DNA of 64,000 nt, taken from an uncultured virus (IMG/VR IMGVR_UViG_3300025151_004056). Taxonomy: Duplodnaviria; Heunggongvirae; Uroviricota; Caudoviricetes. This document shows positions 38,199 through 47,137 of this stretch, one piece after another. A program made the position numbers and the translations under genes. The stretch lies in the IMG/VR virus record IMGVR_UViG_3300025151_004056. One strand, given 5' to 3'. A model generated the notes under the pieces. The model was not told where the DNA came from, did no database searches, and worked only from the letters and a program-made list of their open reading frames with translations. Within the stretch, counting starts at the first letter, position 1. The number at the start of each line of letters is the position of its first letter.

Positions 38199-39659
38199 TC
38201 ATTTGTAGTTTAATTTTTCTACAACAAACGGATAGTTTGCTTCCCTGTAGAAATGTTTACGTTGAGTTAGATGTCTCTTTGCGAAACGACAAGAACTTGT
38301 TAAGTCCCAAATTTGAACAAAGTCTTTATCTTCTGCTTTACGAATGCCACGACCGATTGACTGTATGACACGAACAAAAGACTTACCTGGCTCAATGAGT
38401 ACAAGATTAAAAATCCTAGGAATATTGATACCAGTAGAAGCCACGCCATAAGTAGCAACAATGATTTTATTATCACTAATGGCAACGTCATCATATTCTT
38501 CTTTTCTGTCATTTACTTTCATGCCTCCCGATACAAAAACTGCATCATCTAAACGTTCAACAAGGGCATGTCCTGCCGCGATACGATCAACAAGAATCAA
38601 AGTATTACCCGACTCTTGTATTGTATCGATCAGACTTGCCATCTTATCTAATCGTTTTTCATCACTGAGCAAATGCTTTAGTTCACTTTGATAGTTACTG
38701 AACTCCTGTTCGTCTTGTAACTGTACTATGTTCACGTGACACTTAGCAAGTACTCCTTTATCTTGCAATTCTTTTGCAGATAGTTTATTAATAACAGGAC
38801 CTAAACTTACTTGCAAAGCAATTGATTCATACTTTGCTTTGGGTACTGTTCCTGTTAGTCCCCATCTGATGGGAACATGGGCCATTACACCTGTTAACAG
38901 TTGCTTCAATGCATCTGCTTTTGCCATATGTACTTCATCTACAATGACACAAACAACACCTTCAATGAACTCTCCTATAGTACAATCTACTTCACCTCTT
39001 TTCGTATTCTTTAACAGAATGTTTAGAGATTGCCAAGTACAAATAGTATGTTGTTTAAAATATTCTTTACGATCACCAAAGTATACACCTACATCTAAAC
39101 CCATGTTGATGTAATCTTCTTCAGTTTGTGATACTAAACTTTTGTTAGGTACGATCACAATACTTCGACCATATGATTCTACACTCTTACTTAGTGCGGC
39201 TGTCATAATAGTCTTTCCTGCGCCTGTAGCCACTTCTTGTATCGATTGAGGATTCTTTAAGAACTCATTAACAACTTGAACTTGATAGTCTCTAAGTTCA
39301 ATTGGTTGCCCCTCACAGACATGTCCTTTAGGCCACAGAACATCTTTAAATGAATCTTTCTGAACTTCTTCAAATTGAAATTGCGTTTGATACTCACGCA
39401 TGTCTTCCAATTCAATCGAATAGTTTAGTTCTTCTAATATTGGAATGATTTCTTCCAATAGATTAATATAAGTAGAACCGGCAAGACTACAATAACTAAC
39501 CTTGCCGTTCCACCTCCCCAACTTAACACTGGGCATGTATCTTGCGCCTGGAACCTCAAACTCAAACTTTTGCATTAGTGCCCTTCTAGCATCTAATTCA
39601 AGTCCGGCAATCTTTAGATTGACTTCATCTTTAATTTGTAGTGTTGCGATTCCTGGCAT
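38199..39659 (-). CDS. uvsW: SF2 DNA helicase UvsW
   Basis: LRDYQ, ATGAGKT, DEVH, GLTGT, QSIGRGIR; WNGK N-domain. Confidence 0.92.
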   Translation of the reverse strand: MPGIATLQIKDEVNLKIAGLELDARRALMQKFEFEVPGARYMPSVKLGRWNGKVSYCSLAGSTYINLLEEIIPILEELNYSIELEDMREYQTQFQFEEVQKDSFKDVLWPKGHVCEGQPIELRDYQVQVVNEFLKNPQSIQEVATGAGKTIMTAALSKSVESYGRSIVIVPNKSLVSQTEEDYINMGLDVGVYFGDRKEYFKQHTICTWQSLNILLKNTKRGEVDCTIGEFIEGVVCVIVDEVHMAKADALKQLLTGVMAHVPIRWGLTGTVPKAKYESIALQVSLGPVINKLSAKELQDKGVLAKCHVNIVQLQDEQEFSNYQSELKHLLSDEKRLDKMASLIDTIQESGNTLILVDRIAAGHALVERLDDAVFVSGGMKVNDRKEEYDDVAISDNKIIVATYGVASTGINIPRIFNLVLIEPGKSFVRVIQSIGRGIRKAEDKDFVQIWDLTSSCRFAKRHLTQRKHFYREANYPFVVEKLNYK

Positions 39660-39662
39660 CGA

Positions 39663-41264
39663 TTAAGGCCTATATTGTAGTGTTATGAAGTATTCTAATC
39701 CACCTGCTCTGTAGTTAGGTACTAATTCAAATTCATCATCTAGTATATCTCTTACAGTAAATGATAGCAAGTATTTAGGAATAATTTGCCTTTCGATTTT
39801 GTAGTCAATTGAACTTACATCATCTAGCATTTCTGTACCATCGTATGGACCAGGCGTTCTGTTAAACAATCCAGTATATCTAAATGAAATATCATAACCA
39901 CCTAAGTAAGTTGTAGATGATATGATTGCTTTGTATTCAGGAATACGTGGTTGATCAGAGTTTGTGTATCCTAACTCAATACCTACTAGAGTAGTATTAA
40001 GTCTTTCAACAATAAAACTGTTTACATATCTAACACCTTCAGTGTCGTATGATCCAGTGTTAACAAACTGTGAGTCTGCAAAACTATAATCAATACCTTC
40101 ACTAAATTTGTATTTGAATACTGTAAAGTTCTTGTATCCAATCTCTCCACCTACTGCTTCTTCAGGGTCTAAACTTTTATTAGGTAAAGTCCAAGCATCA
40201 CCATTCAGTTCATAAAGAGTTGGGTTACGATATGATGTACCGAAACTACCAAACCAATCATTAGATTCTGCACCTATACGATATACAAATGCATCTTCAC
40301 TTAATCTAAAACCTAGATCAAACAGATCGAATGATGTTAAAGAGTAAACTGATAATTGAGTTTGGCTAAAGTCTTCATACTTTTCATTTTCAGCAGTTGC
40401 ACCCAGTAGTGTGTTTCCAACTTGATGTCTAGTATCTGCATAAAATCTTTCTGCATCACTCTTATATGTTTCTACACTTTCTGTTTTATAGTTAGCATTG
40501 TTAAATGAGTAACCAAATGTGTAGTTATCATTCCTTATTGATAAGGAACCTTTATCTCCTGATTGTACGCAATCATTTGACTGTGAGAAACTTGCAGTAT
40601 AGCAGTTATCATAGTCATACTCGTATGATGTACCTGATAGATTTACTTTCCAGTCACCGAATTCTTTCTGTCCTTTGACTGTTAAATTGTTATAACTATC
40701 CTTTTCATCGTTGTCTGTTCTAACACTATCATTCTTTGCATCAAAGTAACTTAGATTAAAACCACTGCCTGTATGACTTACAAATGTATTACTACCATAT
40801 CTGATAAGAGATCCATCTTTAAGATCATCAGTAATAAAAATAGCACCACCTAAACTACCAGATCCATATAGGACTGAAGTTGGACCATTGACTATTTTTA
40901 CATTTTCGTTTCCAGTAGCAAAGTCATGACCAAAGTCATACCAACCACTACCTGCATCATTTGCCGGCACACCATTTCTGAAAATAGTCGTGTGAATCGT
41001 TTGTGTTCCTCTTTCTGTATAACCTAAAAAAGAACCATAACCACCTGAAGTTGTTGCTTCGGGTATAATTGATTCTAATACGTTAACATCAGTCGAAGGA
41101 TCTGATTCTGTTTCATATATGGTTGCGCCTGTGACGACTATTTCTTCAATCTCTTGCGATTGTGTTTCGTTAGCCCACAACATTAGTAGCATGAATACTG
41201 CTACTGCATATAAAGGACTAAAATTTATGTGGAAGTTTTTTTCTTCTTCTGATAATTTAAACAT
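39663..41264 (-). CDS. TonB-dependent outer-membrane receptor (BtuB-like, compact)
   Basis: Signal peptide, EEIVVTG TonB-box region, plug motif NGVPAND..IVNGPTSVLYGSGSLGG, YRNPTLYEL, LDPEE, VRDILDDEF. Confidence 0.85.
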   Translation of the reverse strand: MFKLSEEEKNFHINFSPLYAVAVFMLLMLWANETQSQEIEEIVVTGATIYETESDPSTDVNVLESIIPEATTSGGYGSFLGYTERGTQTIHTTIFRNGVPANDAGSGWYDFGHDFATGNENVKIVNGPTSVLYGSGSLGGAIFITDDLKDGSLIRYGSNTFVSHTGSGFNLSYFDAKNDSVRTDNDEKDSYNNLTVKGQKEFGDWKVNLSGTSYEYDYDNCYTASFSQSNDCVQSGDKGSLSIRNDNYTFGYSFNNANYKTESVETYKSDAERFYADTRHQVGNTLLGATAENEKYEDFSQTQLSVYSLTSFDLFDLGFRLSEDAFVYRIGAESNDWFGSFGTSYRNPTLYELNGDAWTLPNKSLDPEEAVGGEIGYKNFTVFKYKFSEGIDYSFADSQFVNTGSYDTEGVRYVNSFIVERLNTTLVGIELGYTNSDQPRIPEYKAIISSTTYLGGYDISFRYTGLFNRTPGPYDGTEMLDDVSSIDYKIERQIIPKYLLSFTVRDILDDEFELVPNYRAGGLEYFITLQYRP

Positions 41265-42394
41265 TATGATATATTTACGGTTCTCCTATTTGTAATTATA
41301 ATTATTTTGCCATTGCGATCTGCCCCGTGACATTGTTCGGGTTCAACAATTGAGTTAAATTGCACTAAAACAGGAAGACTGGTACTACTTGGTTCTTCAT
41401 CTGAGTAAGCACTTTCACTATCAAGTAAGTCTTTACTCTTATACATGGCAAACCCATGTTCTTTAAAAGCAGTCCGTGCTTCTTTAAAGATTTCTAAGCC
41501 TGCCGTACGACCAGTCACTCGTTCTAGTGGGCCGGATTGTGGGCTGCCACGTCCTAACAGAATTTCATCCACATCCAACTCTTTGAGCCACTCACACCAA
41601 TTGTTGATATCATCTATATCGCATTCTACAATATAAGATGATGCGAACAATAATTTCTCATCGTTCTGTGTGACTGACTCATCAACCTTTATACCTAATT
41701 GTGACATTCGGTATAAACATTTTGCACTGTTGTCTAAAGTTACTCCTGCAAGTAACTCATCTAATACTGAATTAGATTTGACAACAGTATATTGTCCATT
41801 AGTTAAGACCAACGTAGGTTCTTTGTATTCTACTTTGGTTTGTTCTAATGTCTCAATTACGTCTTTTATTTCATTGTGATACACTGTTGTAAAGTACTCA
41901 GGTAAAATATTGTATGCTAGTTTCAAAGATGATGTGCTTGGATCTGCTTCATATCTTTTGCGTTCACTATTCCATACCCAAGGTTGTGAGTTATCTATTG
42001 GACCATAATCATCAATAGGAAAAAAGGTTGTCATTTCCTTTCTGAAGTTAGATATAAATTCTTTTTTGAATGGAACTCTGATAACCATTTTATTCACACT
42101 ATCGTCCCAATCAACATTTGCATTTGTATACTTAGGAAGACTTGGTACAACTACACACTTCCATGTTAAGGTTTCTAACTCATCGACTGTGTATCCGTTA
42201 GTAGCAAATTGCTTTCTGTACTTGTGCAAAAGTTTATCAAACAACTCTGCTTGACCAGATGTAATCTGCTTTTTGTCTTGGGTCAATGATTGCATGTTGG
42301 ATATGAATTTGTGATCATAGTGAGACAAACTAATGGAAGTGGTCAACATAAAGTAGATCACTTGTTCTTTAGATGTAAATTCAATCTTTTGCAT
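41264..42394 (-). CDS. Hypothetical protein
   Basis: ~376 aa; likely start MQKIEF 6 nt after TATAAT. Confidence 0.65.
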   Translation of the reverse strand: MQKIEFTSKEQVIYFMLTTSISLSHYDHKFISNMQSLTQDKKQITSGQAELFDKLLHKYRKQFATNGYTVDELETLTWKCVVVPSLPKYTNANVDWDDSVNKMVIRVPFKKEFISNFRKEMTTFFPIDDYGPIDNSQPWVWNSERKRYEADPSTSSLKLAYNILPEYFTTVYHNEIKDVIETLEQTKVEYKEPTLVLTNGQYTVVKSNSVLDELLAGVTLDNSAKCLYRMSQLGIKVDESVTQNDEKLLFASSYIVECDIDDINNWCEWLKELDVDEILLGRGSPQSGPLERVTGRTAGLEIFKEARTAFKEHGFAMYKSKDLLDSESAYSDEEPSSTSLPVLVQFNSIVEPEQCHGADRNGKIIIITNRRTVNIS

Positions 42395-42442
42395 GTTTAT
42401 ATTATACTTCCTTTTGTACACTTAACCTATCAAAACGGTAAC

Positions 42443-42469
42443 AAAAAAGGGGCGACCTAAGCCGCCCCC
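42443..42469 (-). terminator. Intrinsic terminator after AAA ATPase gene
   Basis: GGGGCGG-CTTAG-GTCGCCCC-TTTTTT on minus strand. Confidence 0.8.
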
Positions 42470-42485
42470 AACTCCTGACACAGAG

Positions 42486-43526
42486 TTATCTGATTTTCAT
42501 GCAAGTTGACTCTGCTAACACTTTCCAGTTATTAACACCAGTCACTTTGAATAAGTCAGCAATCTTAAGAGCCATTCTCATTGAGATTTCTCTAAGTTTG
42601 TGAGCATTCTCTTCCATGAAGTCAAAGATTTCTTGACCTTGACCATCGTTGAAGTCGTAGTCTTTGAACAAACCACCGTCACTGTCTCTGTCAACCTGCT
42701 TGATTCTAAGCATTTTGTCTCTAGCACTGTCGATAGTCAGATCCAAGAAGTGACACCTTGACTGAAGGGCTTCTAAGTGATCCTGCAACTTCTTAGACTT
42801 CAAGTGTTCAAACTTCAAGTTAGTAATGAAGATACATGAACCTTTGAACTCAAAAGAGTTTGGAATACCTTCTCTGTTAAGAAGACTAGAATCAGAGTTC
42901 CAGCAAATCCTTCTGCTTTTGCCTGAGTCAAGGGCTGCCTTAAGAATGTTAAGAGCAAGATCGTCCTGAAAAACAGAGTCACAGTCATCAAACACTAAAA
43001 CGTTTTTAGCATCAGAATACTTGTAAAGAACTGCGTAAAGACCTAGAGCAGTCATTGCACCTTTGACAACTTCATACCTAGTTCTGCTGTTAGTCAGTTG
43101 ATCAAACAATGAAGCCTTCTCCATTTGTTGCTCAACACCGTAAGACTTACCTACACCTGGAGGGCCTGAAACGATCATTGCTCTAATGTCGCCTGCGATA
43201 GTAGCCTTAGCCATATCATCAAGGATGTCGAATCTAGTTTTGATTCTGTCCATAGCCTCAGTTTCTGTCTCAGTCACCTCGGGTGCTAGTTCTTCAACTG
43301 CTTGATTAGCCATAATTGGTTTCTCAGTTCCCCATGTGATATCGTTAATGTTGTTAACTTTGATTTTAACATTAGCAATTTGAACTTGGGGAAACTTACC
43401 GTCATTTTTGACAGTAACAAATCCACCGCGTTTGCCTTCTGCGTAGCCTTTAACCAACTCAAATTGTTGATTAACTACTGGTTGATTTCTGTACTCTCCG
43501 TACTTTACTGTGATAGTCTGTGTCAT
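42486..43526 (-). CDS. AAA+ ATPase (early gene)
   Basis: GPPGVGKS Walker A, LVFDDCD Walker B, FITN, ALQSR. Confidence 0.85.
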   Translation of the reverse strand: MTQTITVKYGEYRNQPVVNQQFELVKGYAEGKRGGFVTVKNDGKFPQVQIANVKIKVNNINDITWGTEKPIMANQAVEELAPEVTETETEAMDRIKTRFDILDDMAKATIAGDIRAMIVSGPPGVGKSYGVEQQMEKASLFDQLTNSRTRYEVVKGAMTALGLYAVLYKYSDAKNVLVFDDCDSVFQDDLALNILKAALDSGKSRRICWNSDSSLLNREGIPNSFEFKGSCIFITNLKFEHLKSKKLQDHLEALQSRCHFLDLTIDSARDKMLRIKQVDRDSDGGLFKDYDFNDGQGQEIFDFMEENAHKLREISMRMALKIADLFKVTGVNNWKVLAESTCMKIR

Positions 43527-43561
43527 ATTAACTCCGTTGTGTCAGTTTAAGTTATACAATA

Positions 43562-43590
43562 ATTATACTACCTAATGGTAGTAATGTCAA
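43562..43590 (-). promoter_or_regulatory. Consensus sigma70 promoter (proximal)
   Basis: TTGACA-17-TATAAT. Confidence 0.9.
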
Positions 43591-43649
43591 GCCTTTGGGC
43601 AAACTTTTTTAAGATTTTTTTGTTTGCTTTTTTACTTTTCATACTATCT

Positions 43650-43678
43650 ATTATACGGAAAAAGGTACCAAATGTCAA
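43650..43678 (-). promoter_or_regulatory. Consensus sigma70 promoter (distal)
   Basis: TTGACA-17-TATAAT. Confidence 0.9.
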
Positions 43679-43733
43679 GCCTTTTTACCATTATTTTACC
43701 ATTATTTCGCCTAGTAAAATCAATGACTTACGA

Positions 43734-44192
43734 CTAATCTACTTGAATATCTTCCATACCAGCAGTTCTGAGACGTACAATATGTCCCATTTGCCACTGT
43801 TTTGCGTCTAGGCCTTTCATTATGCCCAGATACTTGTTTCTAAGCAGGGCTACTTCGTTGATAAGATACTCAAAGTCTATCACTTCATCTTCTCCATCTA
43901 CATACTTTTCAGCATCACGTGATGTCAAGGCTCGTTGATATTTCTCTAAGTATTTTTGAAAATGAGTTCTACGTATCTTACGCAGTTTGATGTTAAGAAG
44001 GTTGAGCACCGCTTCAATCTCTTGTAGTTGATTGAAACGATGTTCTGTTATGCCTGGCAGTGCTGATATATGTTTTTCAACATAACCACTGACAATGCAA
44101 TCCTTTTTACTAGACAATAGTTCTGCTTCGTAATGAGCAATAAAGTCAGGTATTACTGACAAGTCATGGCTAATACGTGTATACCAATTCAA
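43734..44192 (-). CDS. uvsY: Recombination mediator UvsY
   Basis: Helical, AEKYVDGE..KGLDAKQWQMGHIVRLRTAG; downstream of uvsX. Confidence 0.75.
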   Translation of the reverse strand: MNWYTRISHDLSVIPDFIAHYEAELLSSKKDCIVSGYVEKHISALPGITEHRFNQLQEIEAVLNLLNIKLRKIRRTHFQKYLEKYQRALTSRDAEKYVDGEDEVIDFEYLINEVALLRNKYLGIMKGLDAKQWQMGHIVRLRTAGMEDIQVD

Positions 44193-44201
44193 GTAATACT
44201 C

Positions 44202-44453
44202 CTAGTCCCACTCATCATCAACATCTTCATAGTCATCTTCGTCCTCTTCCCAAACTTCATCTTCGTCCTCTGAAAAGTAAGACAATGCTTCCTTGATCTT
44301 TTTATCATCTTTGAAGGCTTTCTTTATTTCTTGTGCAGTCATGCCTTCATCGATTAAATGATTGACTAGTACGTCAGCCGCTTCGTGTATGTCACCGTCT
44401 TCGACTGAAGGTTTGATGACTTCCCATACTCTGGCTAGATCGTTTAAATTCAT
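44202..44453 (-). CDS. Small acidic hypothetical protein
   Basis: 83 aa with D/E-rich tail. Confidence 0.65.
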   Translation of the reverse strand: MNLNDLARVWEVIKPSVEDGDIHEAADVLVNHLIDEGMTAQEIKKAFKDDKKIKEALSYFSEDEDEVWEEDEDDYEDVDDEWD

Positions 44454-44456
44454 ATG

Positions 44457-45533
44457 TTATTCCTCTACTGTTTCTAATGCATCTTCATCGTTATTTACTT
44501 TATCCAATGCACTTTTAACTTCAGAGTATTCTGACATAAGCATATCCAAACATCCGTCTTCGTTTGCTTCCCAAGGCTTTCTAAACTTGAGAACTTCTTC
44601 GCCAGATTGAGTGATATACTTTAAACGATTGCCTTGCTTAGTTAGTAAGCCTGATTTCTCAAACAAATCAACTAAACCAGAATAAGGATTCATACCTGTT
44701 TCATAAGGAATCTTCACTTGCACACCCTCGAAAGGTTTTGCATAACGAGTCTTCATTACTTTACAGCCTGCACGAATACCTCTTACATCAGAGATTTTAT
44801 TCCCTGCGGCGTCTTCTTTTAGTTTCATTTTCTTCATAGCAACAACGATACTTGATGCATAGATAAAGCCTTGACCACCAGAGATTTTATCATCTGGGTC
44901 AAACATATCTTGTGATGCGTAAGTATGATTCGTTGCAACTAATCCAACGTTGTAACTACCGAACATGTTAACTGAGTTCCTAACTAAAGCAGTCAATGCC
45001 TTAGGCTTACGACCCATGTCACCTTTCATATCACCTTTGTCAAATTGATCAACATCAGTTGGTGTCAGTAACATACCTAATGAATCGATTACAAACAACA
45101 CTTTAGGACGTTCTTCGTCTGCCATGTCTTTATAATCTTTCATAAAGGTTGAGATAGTTTTTGCTACATCGTCAATCATACTCATGCTCAACTTCAAAAG
45201 TTTTTCTTCTGAAGTATCGACACCCAATGCATGTAGCCAAGTTTCATCAAGTGCATTCTCTGAGTCAATTAAGACTACAAAGATACCCTGATCTTGTGCT
45301 GACTTTACAATGTTGCCTGCGGCAAAGTATGATTTACCTGCGCCTGATTCTCCTGCAAATACAGTAACCTTACCTAAAGGAACACCTTGATGGAAATCAC
45401 CTGAGATAAGATAGTTGAGTGCATAAGAACCCGTTGAGATCCAGTCAGTTGGATCATTAAATCCTATTGACAAGCCGTCAATGGATTTGGTTATGTCTTT
45501 CCTAAATTTGGAAATGTCAAATGGTTTTGCCAC
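44457..45533 (-). CDS. uvsX: RecA-like recombinase UvsX
   Basis: AGESGAGKS, IDSENA, VIDSLGML, ISGGQG, KTRYAKP. Confidence 0.95.
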   Translation of the reverse strand: MAKPFDISKFRKDITKSIDGLSIGFNDPTDWISTGSYALNYLISGDFHQGVPLGKVTVFAGESGAGKSYFAAGNIVKSAQDQGIFVVLIDSENALDETWLHALGVDTSEEKLLKLSMSMIDDVAKTISTFMKDYKDMADEERPKVLFVIDSLGMLLTPTDVDQFDKGDMKGDMGRKPKALTALVRNSVNMFGSYNVGLVATNHTYASQDMFDPDDKISGGQGFIYASSIVVAMKKMKLKEDAAGNKISDVRGIRAGCKVMKTRYAKPFEGVQVKIPYETGMNPYSGLVDLFEKSGLLTKQGNRLKYITQSGEEVLKFRKPWEANEDGCLDMLMSEYSEVKSALDKVNNDEDALETVEE

Positions 45534-45541
45534 AATTACTC

Positions 45542-45778
45542 CTATTGATTAGATTGTTTGTTATTAATTCTACTAGAGTTAGAAGGCTTTTGCAAGATTT
45601 CTGGGCAGGCTTCTGCCATATCATCTAAATCGAAATCAGCAGGGTAATGTCTCAACGCCGCTCTTGCTCTATCTCTGATAAGGCTAGGAACACGTGGAGT
45701 TTTACCTGGATCACAAAGTTCTTCTAATAATTTCTTCCCTTGTTTAAGGGCTCTAAATCTTTCGTCTGGTAGTGTCAT
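45542..45778 (-). CDS. Small protein resembling BPSL0761 family
   Basis: MTLPDERFRAL..TPRVP..IRDRARAALRHYP; family recalled, not searched. Confidence 0.6.
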   Translation of the reverse strand: MTLPDERFRALKQGKKLLEELCDPGKTPRVPSLIRDRARAALRHYPADFDLDDMAEACPEILQKPSNSSRINNKQSNQ

Positions 45779-45800
45779 TTTAATTTTCTCCTACAAAATA

Positions 45801-45820
45801 TGGGGGAGTTGCCTCCCCCA
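45801..45820 (-). terminator. GC hairpin after ssb gene
   Basis: TGGGGGAG-GCAA-CTCCCCCA with GNRA loop on minus strand. Confidence 0.65.
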
Positions 45821-45829
45821 GACTAACAA

Positions 45830-46825
45830 TTAAGAATTGTTTTGTCTTGCACGTATCATTGCTAGAATGTCTTGTGCTTTATCACTTGATGGTTCAGAAC
45901 TCTCTGCTGGAGCCGCTGAAGGAGTTTCTACTGCTGGTGCAGTTTCTGCTACTGGTTCTGCGACTGGGGCAGGTGTTTCAACTGCGGGTGCTGGTGCACT
46001 AGAAGTTGATTCATCTACTTTAGCAGTGTCAGGTGCATCGATACCGAAAGGACGATAGTATGCTCCAAACTTGTCAGTGTCATATGGACGACCATCTACT
46101 GATGCCTCGAACATTTCTTTAATGACTCTGAGTTCTGCTTCTGAAGGCTTCTTAGGTAAGAAGTCTGCTAGATTAAATAGACCATGTGCTTCAATAGCCG
46201 CTTGTTCTACATCTGTTAGTGCAGATTCTTTCCTAGACCATGACGATGTTGAATAATCAGCATACTGACCTTTTGTAGTCTTTCTGATATTAAAATCAAG
46301 ACCACGCATTACATCAGTTGGCAATTCTTCAATCTCAGGATCCATCAATGAACTTTTGATAGTCTGAAAGATTTGAGGTGAAATAACAAATCTACGAATA
46401 GGATTCGCAGGGGTACTGTCTTCCCCAATTGGATTTTGACGAACAAAACCTTGGAAGATATATGATCTTTTCTTCCAGTATTTGTTTGCCATTTCTTTGA
46501 GAGTTTCGTCTTTGTACCAAGGACGAACTTCTGCTAATACAGGACAATTCTCACCGAACATTTCTACGCACGGTACTTGTACTGTTACTTGTCTCACATT
46601 TGGATCACCTTTCACGCCATTAAACGGAAGTTTAATAACTTGTCTCTCAATCCAAAAGAACGAATTATTTGAATCCGCATCAGGTAAGAAACGTAGTGAG
46701 CAAGATGCTCCTTCGTCCATTTTCCAATGTGGATAGATCGCTCCATCAGATGTTGGATACTTAGATCCAGATGATTTATTTTCTTGTGCCGCGAGACGGG
46801 CACGGATGTCTGCTAGACTGGCCAT
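45830..46825 (-). CDS. Single-stranded DNA-binding protein (gp32-like)
   Basis: LRFLPD, CVEMFGENCPV, YWKKRSY, GLDF.I.K...YADYSTS; Pro/Ala/acidic tail. Confidence 0.9.
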   Translation of the reverse strand: MASLADIRARLAAQENKSSGSKYPTSDGAIYPHWKMDEGASCSLRFLPDADSNNSFFWIERQVIKLPFNGVKGDPNVRQVTVQVPCVEMFGENCPVLAEVRPWYKDETLKEMANKYWKKRSYIFQGFVRQNPIGEDSTPANPIRRFVISPQIFQTIKSSLMDPEIEELPTDVMRGLDFNIRKTTKGQYADYSTSSWSRKESALTDVEQAAIEAHGLFNLADFLPKKPSEAELRVIKEMFEASVDGRPYDTDKFGAYYRPFGIDAPDTAKVDESTSSAPAPAVETPAPVAEPVAETAPAVETPSAAPAESSEPSSDKAQDILAMIRARQNNS

Positions 46826-46929
46826 AATGTTTTCTCCTATAATGTATGCCTAAGTTTAGTTCTATATGTGTTGTCGCAAGACCGAAGTCTCACTTGTTTA
46901 GTTTTGTTAAAAACATGACACATGAACAT

Positions 46930-46958
46930 ATTATATTGTATAAATGTTCCTATGTCAA
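46930..46958 (-). promoter_or_regulatory. Consensus sigma70 promoter for ssb (late box also at 46963-46969)
   Basis: TTGACA-17-TATAAT. Confidence 0.9.
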
Positions 46959-47137
46959 TAAGTATTTATGCCTGATTTACCCATTTATAAAAAACTTATG
47001 AAAGTGCGATCTCCAAGTTTAGGGACCTGAGTAACAACAATCTCTGCTTCATATGCATCTTCAGGGTTAGAGAAGATAAATGACCCAAAATCATAAATAC
47101 TAGTGCGAACTAACTTACGATTAAGGATACATAAATT

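Noticed and set aside
41264..41450. Cobalamin riboswitch upstream of the TonB receptor
   Set aside because: Upstream sequence is coding and overlaps the start; no B12-box seen
43575..43811. 78-aa plus-strand ORF
   Set aside because: Lies antisense over the tandem promoters and the uvsY end; likely spurious
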